Virus record (IMG/VR): IMGVR_UViG_3300005828_000059
Source: a virus
Direction: 5' to 3' (one strand)
DNA: 46,034 nt
The position numbers and the translations under genes are program-made. Positions 1 through 6,458 of this stretch are shown in pieces; within the stretch, counting starts at the first letter, position 1; every line of letters starts with the position of its first letter. The notes beneath the pieces were generated by a model. The model did no database searches. It was not told the DNA's origin and was given only the letters and a program-made list of their open reading frames with translations.

Positions 1-1011
1 GATCGCCACGAAGTGCGGGAAGTGCGGGCGAGCGAGGTGGACGCCTGCTACGGCAGCACCGTACACGCCTACGAAGGCAGCAAGGTGGACGCCTACTACG
101 GCAGCAAGGTGGACGCCTACGAAGGCAGCGAGGTGGACGCCTGCTACGGCAGCACCGTACACGCCTACGACGGCAGCATAGTGCACGCCTACGAAGGCGG
201 CGAGGTGGACGCCTGCTACGGCAGCACCGTACACGCCTACGAAGGCAGCGAGGTGGACGCCCACGGCGGCAGCACAGTGCACGCCCACGAAGGCAGCACA
301 GCGCACGCCTACGAAGGCAGCGAGGTGGACGCCCGCGCCGGTAGCACGGTGCATGCCCACGAAGGCAGCACAGTGCACGCCCACGGCGGCAGCACGGTTC
401 ACGTACACCACGGCAGCAAGGTGGACGCCCGCGCCGGTAGCACGGTGCATGCCTACTACGGCAGCAAGGTGGACGCCCGCGCCGGTAGCACAGCGCACGC
501 CCACGAAGGCAGCACGGTGGCCGCCTACAGCAGCACGGTGCACGCCTGCTCCGGTAGCATGGTGCACGCCCACGAATGCAGCACCGTGCACGCCTACGAA
601 GGCAGCAAGGTGGACGCCTGCTCCGGTAGCATGGTGTACGCCTACGACAGCAGCGAGGTGCACGCCTATGCAGGCAGCAAGGTGTACGCCAACGACGGTG
701 GCATCGTGCACGCACACGAAGGCGGTACGGTGCATGCCTACTACGGCAGCAAGGTGTACGCCAACGGCGGCAGCACCGTGCAAGCCAACGAAGGCGGTAC
801 GGTGCATGCCTACTACGGCAGCAAGGTGTACGCCAACGGCGGCAGCACCGTGCAAGCCAACGACGGTGGCATCGTGCACGCACACGAAGGCGGTACGGTG
901 CATGCCTACTACGGCAGCACGGTGGAAGCCTACGCCGGCAGTACGGTGCATGCCTACGAAGGCAGCACGGTCGTCCGCGCGAATGGCAAGGGTGAATGGA
1001 GGAACGGATGA
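1..1011 (+). CDS. Tandem octapeptide-repeat protein. About 40 units of 8 aa, consensus G-S-(T/K/E)-V-(H/D)-A-(Y/H/C)-(E/Y/D). This is the 3' part of an ORF that starts at 45894 and crosses the circular junction (343 aa in total).
   Basis: A strict 24-nt periodicity runs from about 30 to 980. The frame is continuous with ATG 45894 through the 120-bp terminal overlap. The stop TGA at 1009-1011 overlaps the next ATG. Confidence 0.8.
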   Translation, partial: DRHEVREVRASEVDACYGSTVHAYEGSKVDAYYGSKVDAYEGSEVDACYGSTVHAYDGSIVHAYEGGEVDACYGSTVHAYEGSEVDAHGGSTVHAHEGSTAHAYEGSEVDARAGSTVHAHEGSTVHAHGGSTVHVHHGSKVDARAGSTVHAYYGSKVDARAGSTAHAHEGSTVAAYSSTVHACSGSMVHAHECSTVHAYEGSKVDACSGSMVYAYDSSEVHAYAGSKVYANDGGIVHAHEGGTVHAYYGSKVYANGGSTVQANEGGTVHAYYGSKVYANGGSTVQANDGGIVHAHEGGTVHAYYGSTVEAYAGSTVHAYEGSTVVRANGKGEWRNG

Positions 1012-1190
1012 AACAGGTTGGACGGCATGTATACGTTACCTTCTGTAATGACCTTTGGTCGGTCACTATAGATCTCGGTGAATACTTTGCACCACTTGAT
1101 GGCGGCGCTTGGAAAGAAAAGAAAGATGCAATAGTTGCCGCTCGCGCCGCTGCTACAGAATATAACTGCGGATGGACCATTGACGATTGA
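1008..1190 (+). CDS. Hypothetical early protein (60 aa)
   Basis: ATGA stop/start overlap with the repeat ORF. GGAGG lies at 998-1002. The track ORF 996..1190 is trimmed to this start. Confidence 0.6.
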   Translation: MKQVGRHVYVTFCNDLWSVTIDLGEYFAPLDGGAWKEKKDAIVAARAAATEYNCGWTIDD

Positions 1191-1234
1191 CTGGGAGACA
1201 TCAACAACGTATCTGAGCCGACTACGGAGGAGTT

Positions 1235-1492
1235 ATGAAAACCACCACGAAAATAGTTTGGGATGAAATCTCACAGCGCCGCGAGGCGCACCTCACCCTT
1301 CACATGGGTGATGAGAGCGAGTTTCTCGCTCTCGTGCCCGGTATCGGTGGAGCCCTTCGGCTCATCTGCCAAAGTGGGCAGATGCAGGTAGGCCGCAATG
1401 TCTGGGCCGACGGGATCGAGGTCAAGCGGGGTAGCACATACAGTGTCATTCCAGCCGGCGGCGTTGTGCATTTCGTCACTATCGCCAGCTAA
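1235..1492 (+). CDS. Hypothetical early protein (85 aa)
   Basis: ATG preceded by the SD sequence ACGGAGGAG. The antisense ORF 1271..1471 has no start signal. Confidence 0.65.
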   Translation: MKTTTKIVWDEISQRREAHLTLHMGDESEFLALVPGIGGALRLICQSGQMQVGRNVWADGIEVKRGSTYSVIPAGGVVHFVTIAS

Positions 1493-1518
1493 TAGATCCG
1501 ACTACTAGGAGGGACACC

Positions 1519-1692
1519 ATGAAAGCAACAGTCCACGCACGCACCCTTAGCGATGGCAGCATCGTGTGGGATGTCTATTACACGCCGCTCAATGATCTGC
1601 TGGAAGTAATCCGCTTCGGCTGCCAGTCCGAAGAACATGCGCAGCTGCTGGCCGCAGCGCTCAACGATGTAGCTTTCGTTGATCACATTTAG
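1519..1692 (+). CDS. Hypothetical early protein (57 aa, below the ORF-track cutoff)
   Basis: Hand translation gives MKATVHARTLSDGSIVWDVYYTPLNDLLEVIRFGCQSEEHAQLLAAALNDVAFVDHI. A strong SD (TAGGAGGGA) lies 5 nt upstream. The ORF fills the gap in the plus-strand gene string. Confidence 0.55.
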   Translation: MKATVHARTLSDGSIVWDVYYTPLNDLLEVIRFGCQSEEHAQLLAAALNDVAFVDHI

Positions 1693-1715
1693 GCTACCAC
1701 CACTAGGAGGACAGC

Positions 1716-1955
1716 ATGAGCAAAGGAACACGCAGTCACAGTAGCCCGCTGCTGCGGGCGCACGGGATCTCGCTGTACTGGGATCCGTTCGGTCGCGATC
1801 TGCATGGCAACGCGATCGTGTGGGTCGACTTTGACGGCTTCTTGAATATGTACGTTTCACGCCAGCACGCGTTTTGCGTACTTCGCGGCTGGCTCGCCGC
1901 GAAGCAGTTAGCGAAGCAAAGTCAACGTCAACGTCAACAACGGGGGGCGGTATGA
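1716..1955 (+). CDS. Hypothetical early protein (79 aa) with a basic, Q/R-rich C-terminus
   Basis: SD sequence TAGGAGGA upstream of the ATG. The stop overlaps the next start (ATGA at 1952-1955). Confidence 0.6.
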   Translation: MSKGTRSHSSPLLRAHGISLYWDPFGRDLHGNAIVWVDFDGFLNMYVSRQHAFCVLRGWLAAKQLAKQSQRQRQQRGAV

Positions 1956-2191
1956 TTCACAGATTGAGAAATTGGCTCGAAGAGAACCGCGCGCGCAAGC
2001 TGCGTGTGTTCAAAGACGGTGACGCGAGCATCGTCTGTTACGTCGTCAACGGGCACCAATTCATGCTGCTCGAGTATGAAGAAGACGGTGCCTGGGACAT
2101 CTATATCCCAGCACACCAGGGCAATAGTGTCAGTCTGACGCTCGATGCCCTAACCAAATATTGTGGCATACCCGCTGATGAGCCCCGGTGA
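1952..2191 (+). CDS. Hypothetical early protein (79 aa)
   Basis: ATGA overlap with the upstream ORF. A G-rich stretch precedes the ATG. The track ORF 1874..2191 is trimmed to this start. Confidence 0.55.
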   Translation: MIHRLRNWLEENRARKLRVFKDGDASIVCYVVNGHQFMLLEYEEDGAWDIYIPAHQGNSVSLTLDALTKYCGIPADEPR

Positions 2192-2223
2192 CACGAGGCG
2201 AAACGCCCGAGAGGGCGTCCGGG
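2171..2223 (+). ncRNA. Candidate type I hammerhead self-cleaving ribozyme. Predicted cleavage is after C2219.
   Basis: The elements occur in this order: CCCG, CUGAUGA, stem II (2182-2199), GAA, A-CGCCC-GAGA-GGGCG-U, C, then CGGG. All invariant core nucleotides are present in the correct order. Stem III is a perfect 6 bp with a GNRA loop. Stem I is only 4 GC pairs. Confidence 0.55.
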
Positions 2224-2257
2224 AAGTCCTCCCGAACTAACTAACCTGGAGTAAATC

Positions 2258-3343
2258 ATGATCACACTGATGCAAGCTTCCGCCGAATGGGCGTCCCGTC
2301 CCGCCGACCAGCGCTTCACCTCGTTGCACGATATGCAGGAGATGATGCAGCGCATGCGCGATCGCAGCCGCAACGTGATCGTGTCGAGCCGCGCCATCAC
2401 GGCGCGTCCGGCTCACGGCAACGACATCGATGTCATAGTCGCCGGGGGCGGTGGGGCTTATCAACCCACGCACTGGAGCTTCGGTCAGCTGGCGCAACGC
2501 GCTGGCGCGCCCGCAGGCTACCTGCGCACGCTGCCCGCCGAGATGGCTGCCGATTGCATAAACTACGGCATGCGCTTCTCGCGCAGCGTCGAAGATGTTG
2601 GGATCCTGCTCCACAAGGATGAAGCCCCGGTTCTTCGGGCAGCGACTGGGCCCGGCTATGGACGCATCTGGAATGCGGACATCGTCCGCACTTTAGTCGA
2701 GCATGTCGGCGACGGCGTGAGCGGTGACTGGAAAGTGCCCGGCGAATTCAGGCAAGCCGTCCAGGTGACCAAAGACAACACGACGTTGTATGCGAGCGAT
2801 CGCGATATGTTCGTCTTCCTCGCTGACGAAAAACACCGGATCGAGATCCCCAACCGCCGCAACGGCCAGCCGGGCTCGCTCGCTCGCGGGTTCTTCATCT
2901 GGAACTCGGAAGTTGGCAAGACTACGCTCGGGATCGCAACGTTCCTGTTCGACTACGTCTGCGCCAACCGGATTGTGTGGGGAGCGAAGGAGTACAAGAA
3001 GATCACGATCCGTCACACTGCGGGCGCGCCCGATCGTTGGATCGAGCAAGTCGAGCCGGCGCTGATCGAGTACGCGGCAAGCACGCAATCGACGGTGCTC
3101 GACACAGTCAAGGCGGCCCAGGCGAAGAAGATCGACGATGTCTCCGAGTTCCTAACCAATCGGTTCGGGAAGAAAGTCGCAGCCGCGATCGAAGCGGTCC
3201 ACGTCGAGGAAGAGGGTCGTCCGATCGAGTCTCTCTGGGACGCAACGACCGGAGTCACTGCGTACGCTAAGCAGCTGCCGCACCAGGATGCGCGCGTCGA
3301 GATCGAGCGCGCGGGTGGTGAGATTCTCGAACTTGCGGCTTAA
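2258..3343 (+). CDS. DUF932-family protein (the phage/plasmid-associated family)
   Basis: 361 aa. The central segment GFFIWNSEVGKTTLGIATFLFDYVCANRIVWG matches the remembered DUF932 core pattern (NS..G...l.....f..vC.N). An SD-like CTGGAG lies upstream. Confidence 0.65.
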   Translation: MITLMQASAEWASRPADQRFTSLHDMQEMMQRMRDRSRNVIVSSRAITARPAHGNDIDVIVAGGGGAYQPTHWSFGQLAQRAGAPAGYLRTLPAEMAADCINYGMRFSRSVEDVGILLHKDEAPVLRAATGPGYGRIWNADIVRTLVEHVGDGVSGDWKVPGEFRQAVQVTKDNTTLYASDRDMFVFLADEKHRIEIPNRRNGQPGSLARGFFIWNSEVGKTTLGIATFLFDYVCANRIVWGAKEYKKITIRHTAGAPDRWIEQVEPALIEYAASTQSTVLDTVKAAQAKKIDDVSEFLTNRFGKKVAAAIEAVHVEEEGRPIESLWDATTGVTAYAKQLPHQDARVEIERAGGEILELAA

Positions 3344-3350
3344 CGAGATT

Positions 3351-3378
3351 GCCCGCCTCTTCGGAGGCGGGCTTTTTT
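3351..3378 (+). terminator. Rho-independent terminator after the DUF932 gene
   Basis: GCCCGCCTC-TTCG-GAGGCGGGC forms a 9-bp stem and is followed by TTTTTT. Confidence 0.8.
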
Positions 3379-3388
3379 AGGAGGTAGC

Positions 3389-3676
3389 ATGAAAGACCCT
3401 TTAGAAGTTTTAGCGAGCGCGCTCGTGCCGGGGGATCATATTCGCACCAGCTTGATCGAGCCGTACAACCACGCGATGGTCGTGAAGGTCGACAAAGATA
3501 ACGTGTACCTCGTTCGACCGTACATGACCTGCGCCGACTTCATCTACGGCGATGACCCACAAGTCATCGAGTATACGGGGCACGAGCACTACAGCATCGC
3601 GCGTAGCGTGCGCGTTGTGCTCGTTCGCCCTTCAACCGTCAAGGAACTCAAGGAACTCAAGGACGAGGATCTCTAA
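3389..3676 (+). CDS. Hypothetical protein (95 aa) with C-terminus ...VKELKELKDEDL
   Basis: SD sequence TAGGAGGTAG upstream of the ATG. The last 26 nt of coding sequence recur at 37567-37592. Confidence 0.65.
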   Translation: MKDPLEVLASALVPGDHIRTSLIEPYNHAMVVKVDKDNVYLVRPYMTCADFIYGDDPQVIEYTGHEHYSIARSVRVVLVRPSTVKELKELKDEDL

Positions 3677-3677
3677 A

Positions 3678-3890
3678 ATGGAACAACTGCTTTGGATCGC
3701 CCCGCTTTCTCTTGCATCTTTCTTTAGCTTGCCGCCGCTCGGCGTGCTCGCGATTGCGCTCGGCGTTGCCGGCGCGCAAGTCACCACTCTACCCGCGCCA
3801 CCCCAGCCGGTCGTTGTCGAGAAGCCGGCACCGGCTCCGAGCGGTTATCTGCCGCCGGTTGTCATACTCGAGCGGCGCGGGCGGAGGTAG
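3678..3890 (+). CDS. Small membrane protein (70 aa): two hydrophobic helices followed by a Pro-rich tail
   Basis: The ATG lies 1 nt after the upstream stop. The sequence is MEQLLWIAPLSLASFFSLPPLGVLAIALGVAGAQV... The track ORF 3552..3890 is trimmed to this start. Confidence 0.5.
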   Translation: MEQLLWIAPLSLASFFSLPPLGVLAIALGVAGAQVTTLPAPPQPVVVEKPAPAPSGYLPPVVILERRGRR

Positions 3891-3897
3891 ACCGACT

Positions 3898-4122
3898 ATG
3901 AGGCGAGTGAGGATGCCTGCAGGAAGCAAAGAGCACGAAAGAGCATGCGCGCAAGAGATCGCGCGCATGCAAGCGTGCGAGACAAACCAGACTTGGTGCG
4001 TGTATGAGACGCTCGAGCGCGTGTTCGTGCGCTCGGATCACGTCGAGCCGCCCACGTCCGCAGTGCGCATCGGGATTGCACACCCCGACGGCACGTATCA
4101 ATACGTCAACGAGGAGGTTTAG
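3898..4122 (+). CDS. Hypothetical protein (74 aa)
   Basis: GCGGAGGTAG lies 8 nt upstream of the ATG. This is an internal start of track ORF 3712..4122. Confidence 0.5.
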   Translation: MRRVRMPAGSKEHERACAQEIARMQACETNQTWCVYETLERVFVRSDHVEPPTSAVRIGIAHPDGTYQYVNEEV

Positions 4123-4124
4123 AC

Positions 4125-4337
4125 ATGAGCTTCAAAGTCGAAGTCATCGCGGATAGCAGCGGGAAATGGACCGGCAACGCCATTCGACTGCCGGACAGCA
4201 AGCAAGCTATCGAGTACGGAAACGACCTATTCAGCCGCTGGACCGCCGTCAGCGAGATGCGTGTCGTCGAGTCCGAGGATCCTGTCAACTACCTCTGGCT
4301 CGACGGCAGACTCGTTTCCGTGGAGAGGGTCGAATGA
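4125..4337 (+). CDS. Hypothetical protein (70 aa)
   Basis: SD sequence GAGGAGG upstream. Tightly packed against its neighbours. Confidence 0.6.
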   Translation: MSFKVEVIADSSGKWTGNAIRLPDSKQAIEYGNDLFSRWTAVSEMRVVESEDPVNYLWLDGRLVSVERVE

Positions 4338-4546
4338 CAGCGCGCAAATCTGACTTCCTGGTACGGTATTACCTGTCGATCACCATCTTGACCGCGCAGA
4401 CCGCCGAGGCCCGAAGCTGGGTCGATCAAAACCTGCCCGATGATCGGATATCCTGGGGCAGGCACGGTACGGTCGTCGAACCCCGCTACCTCATTGACAT
4501 CCTCGACGGGATCCACCAAAGCGGGCTGACATGGGAGGAACTATGA
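4334..4546 (+). CDS. Hypothetical protein (70 aa)
   Basis: ATGA overlap with the upstream ORF. This is an internal start of track ORF 4166..4546. Confidence 0.5.
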   Translation: MTARKSDFLVRYYLSITILTAQTAEARSWVDQNLPDDRISWGRHGTVVEPRYLIDILDGIHQSGLTWEEL

Positions 4547-4731
4547 GACAGCATGTTCACGCCCCAGGCTCGCGGCTGCGGAACTGGTATACCGACCAGT
4601 TCTGCATCGTGGGCTACAAGCCCTTGTGCGGGCGTTTGCCGGCTGGCGATACAGTCGGCGATCCCGGTGACAAGGTTACCTGTCCCGCCTGTCAGCAGGC
4701 TCTACAGCAAGCCAGAGAGGAGGTGTTATGA
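4543..4731 (+). CDS. Hypothetical protein (62 aa), possibly a zinc ribbon (C..C...CPAC)
   Basis: ATGA overlap with the upstream ORF. GGGAGG lies upstream. Cysteine pairs occur at CIVGYKPLC and CPAC. Confidence 0.5.
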   Translation: MRQHVHAPGSRLRNWYTDQFCIVGYKPLCGRLPAGDTVGDPGDKVTCPACQQALQQAREEVL

Positions 4732-5075
4732 GGCATAACTACGGGCCCCCTTGCTTCCCTCGCAGGCTGGTCTTCTGCGGCAAGCTGTATGGGGGGTCAA
4801 TGGGCGAACCAGTCTATCCGCTGATGACCCCTTACGAGATCTGGAGGGCCGCATGGCGGGTGTCCCAAGGGCTAGAAAGCGGCCACGAAAGCACAAGAAG
4901 AAACCCTTACTGCAGGGACTGTACTCGAGCGTACCAGGAGGAGCAGTTGCTGGCCGGCAACTGCAATCATCCTGAAGTACGTTTCAAGACCGACAAGGAT
5001 GGCTTTGTCACCGGGTATATCCCACGCCCCCCACGGGACAAGCGTAAGCGCGCAGGGGAGGTAGCGACGGCATGA
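4728..5075 (+). CDS. Hypothetical Cys-containing protein (115 aa) with a basic C-terminus
   Basis: ATGA overlap with the upstream ORF. SD sequence GAGAGGAGG upstream. Confidence 0.6.
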   Translation: MRHNYGPPCFPRRLVFCGKLYGGSMGEPVYPLMTPYEIWRAAWRVSQGLESGHESTRRNPYCRDCTRAYQEEQLLAGNCNHPEVRFKTDKDGFVTGYIPRPPRDKRKRAGEVATA

Positions 5076-5161
5076 ACGACATCTGGTTCTTTCTCTCCGA
5101 CGCGTTCGGAATCCTCGCGCTGCTGATCGTGCTCTACATGATCTGCAACAGGAAAAGCTAA
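5072..5161 (+). CDS. Possible 29-aa single-helix membrane peptide (MNDIWFFLSDAFGILALLIVLYMICNRKS)
   Basis: ATGA overlap with the upstream stop. It is the last ORF before the terminator. It is short, so support is weak. Confidence 0.35.
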   Translation: MNDIWFFLSDAFGILALLIVLYMICNRKS

Positions 5162-5165
5162 CTCG

Positions 5166-5200
5166 AGCCCCGCTCCGGGAAACCGGCGCGGGGCTTTTTT
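5166..5200 (+). terminator. Rho-independent terminator at the convergence point of the two arms
   Basis: AGCCCCGC...GCGGGGCT forms the outer stem, with an inner CCGG-GAAA-CCGG. It is followed by T6 on the plus strand. The hairpin also lies just beyond the 3' end of the minus-strand operon, but there is no U-tract in that direction. Confidence 0.75.
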
Positions 5201-5207
5201 GTGCCCG

Positions 5208-5564
5208 TCAGTTTCGTAAGTTCGTAGGCCGCTCGACGTAGCTGACGGTGTTGGACGGACCACTCTCGCCGTCCGCATCGTACGCCTTGGCGACACAGTT
5301 CACCCGACCGAGTTGAGTCTGCACTGTCGCTGTTCGCTCAGTAGCCGGGACCGTGACAGTCGGCAGTGAAGGCAGAGCAGCGCCCGGTTTCGCGCAATAG
5401 ACCTTGAAGCCGGTAATGCTAACCCCAGTGGGATAGTCCCATTGGAGTGTCTCAGCTGCGCTCGCGTTGCACGCCGGATAGAGCGCCACGAGGATCACCG
5501 CGAAAGTGAGCGCCAGGGGGATCGGGAAACGGCTATTGCTTGTGCTCATATTGCTTGTGTTCAT
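5208..5564 (-). CDS. Secreted protein with an N-terminal signal-like helix and a beta-rich (Fn3/Ig-like) domain (118 aa)
   Basis: SD sequence AAGGAG 8 nt upstream. ATGA overlap with the upstream ORF. The hydrophobic segment FPIPLALTFAVILVALYPACNASA is followed by a Thr/Val-rich domain. Confidence 0.6.
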   Translation of the reverse strand: MNTSNMSTSNSRFPIPLALTFAVILVALYPACNASAAETLQWDYPTGVSITGFKVYCAKPGAALPSLPTVTVPATERTATVQTQLGRVNCVAKAYDADGESGPSNTVSYVERPTNLRN

Positions 5565-5815
5565 ACTTTACGCTCCTTAAAAATCCAGCCGGAAGCCATC
5601 GACAGAATATAGCCGATGACGCCGGTAATGAACACAGAGAGCATCTGCTCCTGTGCCCCACTAAGGTACAACCCGAAATAATCGCAAGCCGCAACAGCCA
5701 GCATCGCGACCTGCGTACCGAGGACTGTCCCGAGGCCCGCACCTGCCGCAGCGTATTGCACTTTGCGGACTGGACGCAGGGTTGGCTGATTATACAACTC
5801 ACCGCGCTTTGCCAT
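5561..5815 (-). CDS. Small two-TM membrane protein (84 aa); holin-like topology
   Basis: SD sequence GAGGAG upstream. Two hydrophobic helices are present (AGAGLGTVLGTQVAMLAVAA and MLSVFITGVIGYILSMASGWIF). Confidence 0.55.
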   Translation of the reverse strand: MAKRGELYNQPTLRPVRKVQYAAAGAGLGTVLGTQVAMLAVAACDYFGLYLSGAQEQMLSVFITGVIGYILSMASGWIFKERKV

Positions 5816-6113
5816 TCAAACACTCCTCGATTTTCGTCAGTCTGATCTCGATGTTGCGCAGCCGTTCCATAACAATATCGAACCGCTCCTCTGCGCGTGG
5901 TGAGGGATTGCCAGAGCGAAACCATTCCTCATGTTTTTGCAACAGCGCATGATCCGATTCAACTCTGGCTTGAAAGGCGGCAAAACCATTCCACCAAGCG
6001 ACGATGCTGATGACGACGCTAAACGCCGTCGTTAGGAACACACCAACTAAAACATGGGTCAGCCGCTTGGATACGGTGTACGACCCATCCCCGTTTTTTG
6101 TGACTGCCGACAT
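5799..6113 (-). CDS. Type II membrane protein with a C-terminal coiled-coil-like region (104 aa); i-spanin-like architecture
   Basis: TGATG overlap with the upstream ORF. There is one TM helix (VLVGVFLTTAFSVVISIVAWW), followed by a helical, charged domain. Confidence 0.5.
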   Translation of the reverse strand: MSAVTKNGDGSYTVSKRLTHVLVGVFLTTAFSVVISIVAWWNGFAAFQARVESDHALLQKHEEWFRSGNPSPRAEERFDIVMERLRNIEIRLTKIEECLNGKAR

Positions 6114-6457
6114 CAGTGCAACTTCTCCCAGAGCGCCAGGGCACCAACAGCGGTGCCGAGCAAAAACGTAATGATAGCCGCGATCAGCGCAAATAACTTT
6201 TTGGTCCAGCTGATCTTCTCGTAGGCCAGCCGCTGAATGTGGACGATACCGGTTTCGGGGTGTTCATCGGTGCCGTACACCGTTCGCTCGATCCTCTCTA
6301 CCTTGGAGAGCACCCTGGTCAACAGTCCCATGATCTCGCCGCCATGCTTCGTCAGCTGGCGACTGATCCATCTCTCTTTTGGGCTAAGCTCGCCCCACCC
6401 TCTCTCCACAGATCGCTTCTCCAACTCATCTGCGCAGTCGCAATCTTTGTCGTCCAT
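6113..6457 (-). CDS. Tail-anchored membrane protein (114 aa) with an acidic, Cys-containing N-terminus
   Basis: The ATG at 6457 lies 1 nt after the stop of the giant ORF. The alternative upstream start at 6487 would overlap that ORF. A C-terminal TM helix is present (LFALIAAIITFLLGTAVGALALW). Confidence 0.5.
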   Translation of the reverse strand: MDDKDCDCADELEKRSVERGWGELSPKERWISRQLTKHGGEIMGLLTRVLSKVERIERTVYGTDEHPETGIVHIQRLAYEKISWTKKLFALIAAIITFLLGTAVGALALWEKLH

Positions 6458-6458
6458 A

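Noticed and set aside
1-1011. Could the regular 24-nt repeat array be a CRISPR array?
   Set aside because: The repeats are contiguous with no unique spacers between them. The period is a multiple of three, a single ORF stays open across the array, and no cas genes are present.
353-1048. A 231-aa ORF in a second frame of the octapeptide array (Pro/Thr/Ala/Arg/Cys-rich)
   Set aside because: It stays open only because the 24-nt repeat lacks stop codons in that frame. It has no SD, and the composition is implausible. The frame-1 ORF has a strong SD and couples to the next gene.
1489-1860. A 123-aa minus-strand ORF in the early plus-strand region
   Set aside because: It lies antisense to two plus-strand ORFs (1519-1692 and 1716-1955) that each have consensus GGAGG SDs. 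It has no start context of its own, and its composition is Arg/Ser/Cys-rich shadow-type.
4821-4880. Other CUGAUGA heptamers tested as hammerhead cores: plus strand at 4821 and about 6007; minus strand near 28955, 33250 and 37317
   Set aside because: None has a correctly placed GAAA with a G10.1-C11.1-closed stem II, followed by a stem III ending in UH and a complementary stem I.
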